From the NCBI GenBank assembly GCA_045120955.1, contig JBGVFH010000072.1:31876-95875 (forward strand): 64,000 bases of DNA, read 5' to 3'. Numbering within the stretch: position 1 is the first letter of the stretch; each line of letters starts with the position of its first letter. Origin of the DNA: Eubacteriales bacterium (lineage in GTDB: Bacteria; Bacillota; Clostridia; Oscillospirales; CAG-272). This document shows positions 1-7,923 of this stretch, one piece after another. Made by a program: the position numbers and the translations under genes. Under the pieces are notes generated by a model, which ran no database searches, had not been told where the DNA came from, and was given only the letters and a program-made list of their open reading frames with translations.

Positions 1-1
1 C

Positions 2-154
2 AATGGTGAAAAGCGCTTTGACAGCACATCGGCAAGAGAGATGTTCAAGGAAATGAACTTTTTGCCCAATACACAGTGGGGATACGCACCTTGCCTTTGC
101 TCGAAGAAGTGCGATATCGCTTGCTACCGTCATCTGAAAGGAGAGCTTAAATAA
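2..154 (+). CDS. 3-prime end of a CDS truncated by the window edge; paralog of the next gene (QueG/reductive-dehalogenase-superfamily Fe-S protein)
   Basis: Frame is open from base 2 to TAA at 152-154. It is absent from the ORF track because no start lies in the window. The tail APCLCSKKCDIACYRHLKGELK mirrors CSICGRACDTACYMHLEEKG of the 154-1110 product. The stop overlaps the next ATG by 1 nt. Confidence 0.6.
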   Translation, partial: NGEKRFDSTSAREMFKEMNFLPNTQWGYAPCLCSKKCDIACYRHLKGELK

Positions 155-1110
155 TGAAATCCGAGATTATAAAGATAGCTAAGGAAAATCTTGCCGATAT
201 AGTTGGCTTTGCATCTGCTGATGCTTTTGATAAAAATGACCCTATATTCAAGATATTTCCGCAGACCAAAACAGTAATCGCATTGGCATTCAGAGTTCTT
301 CGCGGTATTTACAGAGGCACCGAGGAGGGCACTACATATTATCAGTATACGACAATGGGCGTAGAAAACATGGAAGAGACAATAATGCCCATGGCACAGC
401 TCAAGGTTGCGACCTTTATAGAGGCAAACGGATATGCGGCACTTCCCCAGCGCCGTCATCAGCAGATCATGAGCGAGGAGAACAGCACCAACCCCGAGGT
501 CGCATACGATGCTGTTTACAGAAACAAAAAAGCTGAAAATCAGATGAATTTTGCCGATGCCGCAGTAAAATGCGGAATAGGCGAGAAGGGTCTGAGCGGT
601 GCGCTTCTGACAGACGCTTTCGGTCCTATGATCAGATACAGCTTCATTCTTACCGATGCTGAGATAGAGCCCGACGAGATCAAGGCTGCACATCTTTGCG
701 ACAAGTGCGGCAAATGCATCAAGGCTTGCCCAGGCAAGGCTATAAGCGACAATGGCGAGGTAGACGCATGGCAGTGTGCGGTTTACTACAACGGCGCAAA
801 CGGAACAAAGAACCCCTTTATGCCTATGGATGCGTTCTCTGACCTTGACAACCGCATAGAGATCATCGCAGGTGAGGCAAAGGTAACCCCCGAGACCGCA
901 AGAAAGATTCTTGACAAAATTTATTTCTATCCTCCCGCACAGCACGCATATCAGTGCTCTATCTGCGGAAGAGCTTGCGATACCGCTTGCTATATGCATC
1001 TTGAAGAAAAGGGCGTTTTGACAAAGAAGTTCAACCGCCCCTTCAGAACAAGAGAAGAGTGGAAGTTCTCCATCGACGACTTCAAGACGGAGACCGACAA
1101 TTCCAAATAA
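154..1110 (+). CDS. 4Fe-4S protein of the epoxyqueuosine-reductase/reductive-dehalogenase superfamily
   Basis: 318-aa ORF. Ferredoxin-type motif CDKCGKCIKACPGKAI, a second Cys cluster CSICGRACDTAC, and a GIGEKGLSGALLTD segment resembling the QueG GxGxxGK region. Confidence 0.6.
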   Translation: MKSEIIKIAKENLADIVGFASADAFDKNDPIFKIFPQTKTVIALAFRVLRGIYRGTEEGTTYYQYTTMGVENMEETIMPMAQLKVATFIEANGYAALPQRRHQQIMSEENSTNPEVAYDAVYRNKKAENQMNFADAAVKCGIGEKGLSGALLTDAFGPMIRYSFILTDAEIEPDEIKAAHLCDKCGKCIKACPGKAISDNGEVDAWQCAVYYNGANGTKNPFMPMDAFSDLDNRIEIIAGEAKVTPETARKILDKIYFYPPAQHAYQCSICGRACDTACYMHLEEKGVLTKKFNRPFRTREEWKFSIDDFKTETDNSK

Positions 1111-1211
1111 TCATTGACCGCTGCCTTCGGCACGACCGCATATGTGCGGATCGTGGGCAGCTTTATGGGGAGAGACCTTTTTGGGGGAAGGGCTCTCCCT
1201 TTTTTTTGCTT

Positions 1212-1310
1212 TATAGGAAATTGCGAAATTACGCTTCGCCGTTTAGCCGTGCCAAGTGAATGCCATAAAGGCGATAGGCGGGAGGACGGAGGCGGGCACT
1301 GCCCGCTTCT
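1212..1310 (+). repeat. Family-A intergenic repeat (X-Y form)
   Basis: TATAGGAAATTGCGAAATTACGC...ATAGGCGGGAGGACGGAGGCGGGCACTGCCCGC. Same modular element as at 18149, 46603, 46708 and 50340. Confidence 0.8.
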
Positions 1311-1317
1311 ATGCGGC

Positions 1318-1364
1318 AAAAAGGCACCTATGATACGCATTTTGCGTATCATAGGTGCCTTTTG
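1318..1364. terminator. Bidirectional intrinsic terminator between convergent genes
   Basis: Perfect long hairpin AAGGCACCTATGATACGCA-TTTT-GCGTATCATAGGTGCCTT, flanked by an A-run and a T-run. Confidence 0.75.
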
Positions 1365-1380
1365 ATCCGGTTTTTGCTAT

Positions 1381-3252
1381 TTAGCCCTGAACATCAGAGG
1401 GGGCATTGTCGGTTGTATCCTGCTCCGTGCCGTTCTTTGAAAACTCGGAGAAGGTATAGAGCGAAATATATATATATTCCGCATCCGTCGGCGAGTTTGA
1501 TATTATTGCGACCTTGTTGTCCTTTGCAAAAAAGATATCCCACTCGTTTAGTCCGCTGCCGCTTTCTCTTTCCAGCATCTCAAATCTGCCGCTCTCAATA
1601 TCGAGAACCGCTATCTGACTGTAAAAAGGTGACGTGTCAGCATCGTAGTTAAAGTTTGAAAACAGTATATGCGTCATTGAACTGTTAAACGTCACCACCG
1701 TTGAGTCTGAAAATTCAAAGCCCGAAATATCTATTTCGCTGCCGTCGGTGAGGTTTATGAGTGTTGCTTCCTTGTCTTTTTGAGTATAAGTTTTCAAAAA
1801 GTATTTTGAGCCTGAGATCATCCGCAGATCTGTCATTTCTGTGTATTCGGAGGTGTCAAATACCTTTTTTGCTTCTCCTATGCCGTCGCTGATATCAACG
1901 CACATGCCCGATGGATGCTCGTCCTCCTGTATCACGTAAAACAGATGTCCGTCGTCTATAAAGGAATACATAAAGCTGCCCGCAGGCAGAGCCATGCGCT
2001 CTTTTCCTTGTATACTGTAAATATATACCGCGTCATTAGCGTCGGTAATGAGAGCATGAGTCAGCGAGTCATTGAACTTTATTGATTCTATCGAGCTTAC
2101 AAACGAGAGGTCACATTCCGCATCAGCGAGAAAATCGGTAAACGTGCTGACCGAGCTCTCCGAGCTGACCGAGCCCTCCGAGCCCTCCGAGCTATTATCC
2201 GTATTAAGGTTGTCATCGGTGCTTTCGGTACCGATGTCGGCTGTTGCGACAGCCCCGCCGTTCGTTTCCTCAGATGTATCTGAGCCTCCCTCGGGAGCTT
2301 GGCTGTTCTCGTTATCTGTTGCATTGCTTGTGAGAGAAAATATTACAGGGTATTCCGAGTAGCTGTCCCCTTCTTTTAATATGAGGGACAGAAGTACCGC
2401 ATCAGACCTTCCCTTGATCGCCGTTGGCTTTGATATAGCGGCGGCGTTCTCGTCAAATTCGCTGTTTATCACGGTGATCTTTCCGTCAGCGGTAACGCAC
2501 CAGACAAAGCTTACCTGATATTTGATTTCTTTATATATAACGCCGGTGTGTATCGAATGTGTAGTGAGAAGCACGGGCGTGTCACCCGACAGATCGTAAA
2601 ATTCATATCCGTTGTCCGTCAAAAGCACGATGGGATTTGAATATTCGGGGTCATAGCCTGCGCTTTTTATGTAATCAATATGGACCTTGTCTATGTCGGT
2701 GCTGTGTATTATCTTGACATTGCCTTCGCCGTCAGGGATAGGCGAGTCGAATTTGTACACAGGCTCGCTTTTTTCATAGGGGACACATATGTATTTGTTG
2801 TCGGGCTCCGACGGGTCGGTCGTAACAGGCGGCTCTGTTGTGACAGGCGGCTCCGAGGTCGTGGGCGGCTCCGAGGTCGTGGGCGGATCAGAAGTCACAG
2901 GCGGGTCGGAAGTCACGGGTGGCTCAGATGTGACAGGCGGGTCGGAAGTAACAGGCGGCTCAGATGTAACAGGCGGGTCTGTGACGACAGGCGGCTCTGT
3001 ATCGGGACCTGTAGTTTCTTGTGTATCGGGACCTGTGGTATCGGTCGTGTCATTGCTATCACTTGTCGGCGGTGTGCTCTGCCACGAAGAGTCGGTACTG
3101 CCGTCAGAGCCGCTTTGCGAATCATGCGGCGTCTTTGCGCTGTCACAAGAGAAAAGTGTCAGCGAAAGGACAAGCATCAAGCATAATGTACCTGCAAGCT
3201 TTGATTTGTGATCATGTATGTAGCTAAAAAGCTTGAGATTTTCTTTTTTCAT
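1381..3252 (-). CDS. Secreted lipoprotein with Pro/Thr-rich repeat linker, function unknown
   Basis: 623-aa ORF. Signal peptide with lipobox LTLFSC. About 10 units of (D/E)PPVTS. The C-terminal region looks beta-rich. Confidence 0.6.
   Translation of the reverse strand: MKKENLKLFSYIHDHKSKLAGTLCLMLVLSLTLFSCDSAKTPHDSQSGSDGSTDSSWQSTPPTSDSNDTTDTTGPDTQETTGPDTEPPVVTDPPVTSEPPVTSDPPVTSEPPVTSDPPVTSDPPTTSEPPTTSEPPVTTEPPVTTDPSEPDNKYICVPYEKSEPVYKFDSPIPDGEGNVKIIHSTDIDKVHIDYIKSAGYDPEYSNPIVLLTDNGYEFYDLSGDTPVLLTTHSIHTGVIYKEIKYQVSFVWCVTADGKITVINSEFDENAAAISKPTAIKGRSDAVLLSLILKEGDSYSEYPVIFSLTSNATDNENSQAPEGGSDTSEETNGGAVATADIGTESTDDNLNTDNSSEGSEGSVSSESSVSTFTDFLADAECDLSFVSSIESIKFNDSLTHALITDANDAVYIYSIQGKERMALPAGSFMYSFIDDGHLFYVIQEDEHPSGMCVDISDGIGEAKKVFDTSEYTEMTDLRMISGSKYFLKTYTQKDKEATLINLTDGSEIDISGFEFSDSTVVTFNSSMTHILFSNFNYDADTSPFYSQIAVLDIESGRFEMLERESGSGLNEWDIFFAKDNKVAIISNSPTDAEYIYISLYTFSEFSKNGTEQDTTDNAPSDVQG
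2812..3003 (-). repeat. In-frame 18-nt tandem repeat (about 10 units) inside the lipoprotein gene
   Basis: ACAGGCGGCTCNGANGTN units read directly on the plus strand; they encode the PPVTS(E/D) linker. Confidence 0.85.
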
Positions 3253-3316
3253 TTACAATTCCTTAAAACTATATATTCAACTCGAAGAGTGACAACGCAA
3301 GGAGTTTACTAATATC

Positions 3317-3345
3317 ATTTTAGCACAAGGTATTTTTACTGTCAA
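3317..3345 (-). promoter_or_regulatory. Sigma-A-type promoter for the lipoprotein gene
   Basis: Minus strand reads TTGACA-17 nt-TAAAAT with an extended -10 (TGTGCTAAAAT). Confidence 0.45.
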
Positions 3346-3630
3346 TCGGGAAAATATAAACAATTTTAAAATATAAAAAGAGATTTTTGTTAACATTTTC
3401 GGAGTGCAAAGCTTTCCCCCAAAAGCCGTAAAAAATCAAAGAAAATTTCATGCTTTCCCCCCACTTTTGCAGCGGGTGCAGAACGTTGCTGCGGTCTGCG
3501 TCTCAGCTGCGTCCGCACGGACCCCGAAGGGGTCATTCTGAGCGCAGTCGAACATTTGGGGCATTGCCCCAAAAGCACGAGGCACAGCCGAGTGGAATCC
3601 CGTGCGGAAACATACAACACTCACCCGTCA

Positions 3631-3753
3631 CCGCCGCTCTGTTTTCGCCCGAGATACCGTCACAACTTCCGCCCCGCCGCTCCTGCGCTTCGCTTGGAGT
3701 TCGACTCGCATCCGCTCGCTCAGTATGACACGGGCGGGAACTGTTTCCGAAGC
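3631..3753 (+). repeat. Family-B repeat, copy 1
   Basis: About 125 nt, roughly 90 percent identical by eye to the reverse complement of 50632-50760. Confidence 0.8.
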
Positions 3754-3835
3754 TGGCGGATGCGGGCACTGCCCGCTTTTCTATTGCGGAAGATATGCAA
3801 AACGGCAAATGAGGATCCGTGCAATTTCCTATGCG
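3745..3835 (+). repeat. Family-A repeat (Y module followed by inverted X-prime module)
   Basis: GCGGGCACTGCCCGCTTTT at 3762-3780, followed by the reverse complement of CATAGGAAATTGCACGGATCC...CCGTTTTGCA. Confidence 0.75.
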
Positions 3836-3890
3836 TCAAAAAAACACCCCGACGTGATACTTGAAGGTGTAAGTATCATATCGGGGTGAT
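3836..3890 (-). terminator. Intrinsic terminator of the amino-acid ABC operon
   Basis: Minus strand: CACCCCGATATGATACTT...AAGTATCACGTCGGGGTG followed by TTTTTTT. Confidence 0.7.
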
Positions 3891-3938
3891 ATTTATCATG
3901 CTGATATTATGCTTTTTTCAAAACGTGCCGTCTTTAAA

Positions 3939-4670
3939 TCAAAGCACGCAGTTGAGAAAGTCACGGGTCCTCTGTGCCTTAGGATTTGTGAATATCTCCT
4001 CGGGAGTACCCTCCTCGACGATAACGCCGTCAGACATAAACACGACTCTGTCCGCAACATCTCTGGCAAAGCCCATCTCATGCGTTACGACCACCATCGT
4101 CATGCCGCCCTCCGCAAGCTCACGCATGACCTGCAAAACCTCGCCGACCATCTCGGGGTCAAGCGCACTTGTAGGCTCATCAAAGAGCATGATATCGGGC
4201 TTCATTGCGAGTGCTCTTGCGATAGCGACACGCTGCTGCTGACCGCCCGAGAGCTGTTTTGGGTATGCGCTTGCCTTCTCGGCAAGTCCCACACGCTCGA
4301 GCAGTGACATTGCGGTGTCCTTCGCCTCCTGCTTTGTCATGAGCTTGAGATCTACGGGCGCCATCATAATGTTTTCAAGCACCGTCAGATGCGGAAAAAG
4401 ATTGAACTGCTGAAAAACCATTCCTATATTCTGGCGCACCTTGTTGATATCCGTGTGCTTGTCGGTAATGACATAACCGTCAACGGTGATACTGCCGCTT
4501 GTAGATTTCTCGAGCTTGTTGAGGCATCTGAGGATTGTCGATTTTCCCGATCCCGAAGGACCTATGAGACATACGACCTCTCCGTCATTGACCTGAAAGT
4601 TTATTCCTTTTAATACATCGAGCTTGCCGAAAGATTTGTGCAAGTCTACTACATCAACCTTTATTGCCAA
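3939..4670 (-). CDS. Polar amino-acid ABC transporter ATP-binding protein
   Basis: Walker [10 protein letters not shown], signature [15 protein letters not shown], Walker [13 protein letters not shown]. Start placed at the TTG 8 nt after GAAAGGAG; the ORF-track start at 4688 is also possible. Confidence 0.9.
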   Translation of the reverse strand: MAIKVDVVDLHKSFGKLDVLKGINFQVNDGEVVCLIGPSGSGKSTILRCLNKLEKSTSGSITVDGYVITDKHTDINKVRQNIGMVFQQFNLFPHLTVLENIMMAPVDLKLMTKQEAKDTAMSLLERVGLAEKASAYPKQLSGGQQQRVAIARALAMKPDIMLFDEPTSALDPEMVGEVLQVMRELAEGGMTMVVVTHEMGFARDVADRVVFMSDGVIVEEGTPEEIFTNPKAQRTRDFLNCVL

Positions 4671-5340
4671 CGTCAAGTCTCCTTTCAATAGCTTTGATAC
4701 CTGCCGAAAGAATAGTGATAATAACGAGATATGCCACGCCTATCATCAAATATGTCGCAAACATCTTATATGTCGAGAACGCATATTCGTTTCCTTGATA
4801 TACGATTTCCTGCAGCGATATCGTTGACGCAAGGGAAGAGTCCTTGAGCGTAATTATAAACTGATTGCAAAGTGACGGAACGCTGATACGGAACGCCTGA
4901 GGTAAAATTACCTTTATCATTGCCCGTGACTTTGAAAGTCCGAGACTGCGTGCAGCCTCCATCTGTCCCTTGTCTATAGCGGATATGCCGCCTCGGAATA
5001 TTTCGGAAATGTAGGCTCCTGCGTTGAGCGCAAGCGTGACGGTTGCCGCCGCAAAGGGCGTTATCTTAAATCCGGTTATCCCTATCGCACGGACAAGCTG
5101 AGGAAAACCGAAATATATGATAAAGAGCTGAACTATAAACGGGGTTCCTCTGATTATCCAAATATAAAACTTCGATATCCATGCAATCGGCTTGATCTTT
5201 GACATTCCGGCAAGGCAGGAGAGCAGACCTATGACAAGCGCAATGAGAAGCGACAGCACCGTTACCTCAACGGTAACGAGCATACCCTCTCCGAGCAGTT
5301 TCCCCACTCTTAAAAAATCAAACCCTTCAAATAAACTCAT
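4654..5340 (-). CDS. Polar amino-acid ABC transporter permease
   Basis: 228-aa multi-TM ORF of HisM/GlnP type, lying between the binding-protein and ATPase genes. Confidence 0.85.
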   Translation of the reverse strand: MSLFEGFDFLRVGKLLGEGMLVTVEVTVLSLLIALVIGLLSCLAGMSKIKPIAWISKFYIWIIRGTPFIVQLFIIYFGFPQLVRAIGITGFKITPFAAATVTLALNAGAYISEIFRGGISAIDKGQMEAARSLGLSKSRAMIKVILPQAFRISVPSLCNQFIITLKDSSLASTISLQEIVYQGNEYAFSTYKMFATYLMIGVAYLVIITILSAGIKAIERRLDVGNKG

Positions 5341-5422
5341 ATACTAAAATCCTCTTGTATTAAACAATTCAAAGGGGAGCTTAAAGCAAAGCCCCCCTTT
5401 GCAAAAATCACAGTCAAACAGA

Positions 5423-6181
5423 TCAGTTGGTCTTGATGTACTTGTCAAGAATTTCCTGATACTTGCCGTTTTCCTTGATGTTCTTGAGTCCTGCGTTGAA
5501 CATTTCAACGAGCTTGTCGTTGCCTGCTCCCTTAAGAACGGCAAAGCCGTAGGAAGAACCCTTTTCCATCTCTGTTACCATCTTGAGTCCGTTGCCCTGA
5601 GAGATACCGTAGCCCATTACGGGATAATCCTCAAAGCACGCCACAGCCGCACCGGTCTTTACAGCCTCGTACATCGTAGCGGAATTGTCAAGAACGCTGA
5701 TCTCAAAGCCGTACTGATCCTTTATAGACTCAGCAAAGGTCTTGCCCTCAGTGCCCTGCTTTACAGCGACGATCTTGCCCTTGAGATCCTCATACTTTGT
5801 GATCTCGGTGTTGTTTGCGGCAATAGCCATAACAACGCCGCTGTCGTAGTAAGCGTCGGAGAAGTTGTACTTTTCCTTGCGCTCGTCTGTGATAGACATA
5901 CCTGCGATAACGCCGTCAGCCTGGCTCGTTTCGAGAGCTGTAACGGCAGCGTTAAAGCCCAGAGACTGAAGCTCATACTCAAAGCCCTGATCCTCTGCGA
6001 TAGCTGCGAGTATTTCTACGTCTATGCCGACGAGGTTGCCGTCAGCATCTGTAAATTCAAATGGAGCAAAAACTGTATCTGTTGCGATGATGTACTTGTC
6101 AGTGCTTGTGCAAGAAACGGTGCACGCAAAAATGAAAAGCATTGCAAGCGAAAGCGAAAGAAGCTTTATAAACTTTTTCAT
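5423..6181 (-). CDS. Amino-acid ABC transporter substrate-binding lipoprotein
   Basis: Signal peptide with lipobox IFACT and a periplasmic-binding family-3-like sequence. ATG at 6181 is preceded by GGAGG. Confidence 0.85.
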   Translation of the reverse strand: MKKFIKLLSLSLAMLFIFACTVSCTSTDKYIIATDTVFAPFEFTDADGNLVGIDVEILAAIAEDQGFEYELQSLGFNAAVTALETSQADGVIAGMSITDERKEKYNFSDAYYDSGVVMAIAANNTEITKYEDLKGKIVAVKQGTEGKTFAESIKDQYGFEISVLDNSATMYEAVKTGAAVACFEDYPVMGYGISQGNGLKMVTEMEKGSSYGFAVLKGAGNDKLVEMFNAGLKNIKENGKYQEILDKYIKTN

Positions 6182-6216
6182 CTTAATTATATCCTCCAAT
6201 AAATAATATTATATAT

Positions 6217-6245
6217 ATTTTAGCACAAAAGATAATATATGTCAA
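6217..6245 (-). promoter_or_regulatory. Sigma-A-type promoter of the ABC operon
   Basis: Minus strand reads TTGACA-17 nt-TAAAAT with TGTGCTAAAAT, the same architecture as at 3317 and 58395. Confidence 0.45.
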
Positions 6246-6339
6246 TAAATATTGCGTTAGAGTTTTTAATTTTTAAACTTTGTGTAAATGATGTTTGCTG
6301 TTCTTTTTTGTTTTTTCTGTTAAAACTTGTCCGAAACTG

Positions 6340-6369
6340 TTGATGTTGCGGTGTTGTGTGTGCTATAAT
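6340..6369 (+). promoter_or_regulatory. Candidate promoter of metF-metH operon
   Basis: TTGATG-18 nt-TATAAT, about 45 nt upstream of the metF start. Confidence 0.35.
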
Positions 6370-6414
6370 AATACATTATAAACTTTACAGCACATGATTT
6401 TCACAGAGGTAACA

Positions 6415-7290
6415 ATGAAATTAACAGAGCTTTTTTGCAAAGACAGCCTCAACCTTTCCTTTGAGGTTTTTCCGCCTAAAACAGACAGCGCCTTTGACAG
6501 CGTAAAGCACGCTACCGAGGAAATAGCAAAGCTGCGTCCGTCTTTTATGAGTGTGACATACGGAGCGGGGGGCGGAACGAGCAAATACACTCTTGACATC
6601 GCAAAAAACATAAAAGAGCAATATTGCGTTCCCACCTTGGCGCATCTCACCTGTGTCTCCTCTACAAAAGAGACGGTACGGGCAAAAATAGCAGAGATGC
6701 AAGCTGCAGGAGTAGAAAACGTCATGGCTCTGCGAGGAGACCTGACCCCCGAGCTTGAAGCGGGCGACAGAAGCGGATGGGCATACCGTCATGCGATAGA
6801 TCTGATACACGACATCAAGGAAAGCGGTGCGGATTTTTGCATCGGAGGAGCGTGCTATCCCGAGATACACCCCGAGAGCGCAAATCAGGCACAGGACATC
6901 GCATATCTGAAAGAAAAGGTAGACGCAGGCTGTTCGTTTTTGACTACGCAGATGTTTTTTGACAACAATCTGCTCTACAACTTTTTGTATAAAATACGTG
7001 AGGCAGGCATCACCGTCCCTGTCATTTGCGGAGTCATGCCTATCACCAACGCAAATCAGGTGGACCGAGCGGTAAAGCTCTCGCGCTCATTTATGCCTCA
7101 GCGCTTTAAGAGCTTGGTAGACAAGTTCGGCTCATCGCCCGCCGCAATGAAACAAGCGGGAATAGCATACGCCACCGACCAGATAATAGATCTGTTTGCA
7201 AACGGCATCAAAAACGTTCACGTTTATTCGATGAACAAGCCCGATGTTGCCGCCAAAATACAGAGCAATCTCTCGGATATACTCGGATAG
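6415..7290 (+). CDS. metF: Methylenetetrahydrofolate reductase
   Basis: Segments LSFEVFPPKT, SVTYGAGGGT, TLAHLTC and ALRGD are typical of MetF. ATG at 6415 follows AGAGG. Confidence 0.9.
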   Translation: MKLTELFCKDSLNLSFEVFPPKTDSAFDSVKHATEEIAKLRPSFMSVTYGAGGGTSKYTLDIAKNIKEQYCVPTLAHLTCVSSTKETVRAKIAEMQAAGVENVMALRGDLTPELEAGDRSGWAYRHAIDLIHDIKESGADFCIGGACYPEIHPESANQAQDIAYLKEKVDAGCSFLTTQMFFDNNLLYNFLYKIREAGITVPVICGVMPITNANQVDRAVKLSRSFMPQRFKSLVDKFGSSPAAMKQAGIAYATDQIIDLFANGIKNVHVYSMNKPDVAAKIQSNLSDILG

Positions 7291-7292
7291 TC

Positions 7293-7892
7293 ATGACAGG
7301 CACTGTTTTTACGAAAACGTACAGAGACATACCCGCAGACAGGGGCGAGATACTGAGGTATGCCTCGGCAAAGGGAGGCAGTCTCGAGCTTGAGCAGCTG
7401 CTCGACAGCTGTTTGTCCGAGATATGGGACAAGCTTACATACAGGGTGTGCTATTGCGAGCTGCCGATTTATAAAAGGGACGGCGGACTTGATCTGTGCT
7501 TTGCATGGACGGACTCTCGGGCTCTCGGCAAAAATCTTGACGGCTGTGAGAGCATCGTGCTTTTTGCGGCGACCGTCGGTATCGCAGTCGACCGTCTGTG
7601 CGCAAAATACAGCAAGCTCTCCCCCTCCCGTGCGCTCATGCTTGACGCTGTCGGCACGGAGCGAATAGAGAGTCTGTGCGACCGTTTTGAGCTTGAGATA
7701 ACAGAGAGGGCAGGCGGGCAGAACAGACGCACCGCACCTCGTTTCAGCCCGGGGTACGGAGACTTGCCCATTCAAATTCAAAAGGATATCTTCCGTGTGC
7801 TTGACCCGTCACGGAAGATAGGCGTTACACTAAACGAAAGTATGCTCATATCACCCGCAAAGTCGGTCACGGCGATCATCGGCATAAAGTAA
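7293..7892 (+). CDS. Stand-alone B12-dependent methionine synthase activation (AdoMet-binding) domain protein
   Basis: 199-aa ORF between metF and metH. The tail SPGYGDLPI...MLISPAKSVTAIIGI matches my recollection of the MetH activation domain. Confidence 0.65.
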   Translation: MTGTVFTKTYRDIPADRGEILRYASAKGGSLELEQLLDSCLSEIWDKLTYRVCYCELPIYKRDGGLDLCFAWTDSRALGKNLDGCESIVLFAATVGIAVDRLCAKYSKLSPSRALMLDAVGTERIESLCDRFELEITERAGGQNRRTAPRFSPGYGDLPIQIQKDIFRVLDPSRKIGVTLNESMLISPAKSVTAIIGIK

Positions 7893-7923
7893 CACGCTCA
7901 AGGCAGAGCGACAGGAGAAAGAC

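Noticed and set aside
130-999. 289-aa minus-strand ORF
   Set aside because: It is antisense to the Fe-S protein gene, which has ferredoxin motifs. It is a Cys/Leu-rich shadow frame.
3390-3889. Five overlapping 76-102-aa ORFs
   Set aside because: They lie entirely within the family-A/B repeats, overlap one another on both strands, are Arg/Pro/Ser/Ala-rich, and lack an RBS. The same applies to 50536-50829.
5399-6202. 267-aa plus-strand ORF
   Set aside because: It is antisense to the amino-acid-binding lipoprotein gene, with low-complexity Leu/Val/Cys-rich composition and no RBS.
6200-6414. SAM riboswitch or T-box leader upstream of metF-metH
   Set aside because: I could not find the conserved SAM-I core or a T-box sequence. 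The region is simply AT-rich, with one promoter-like element.
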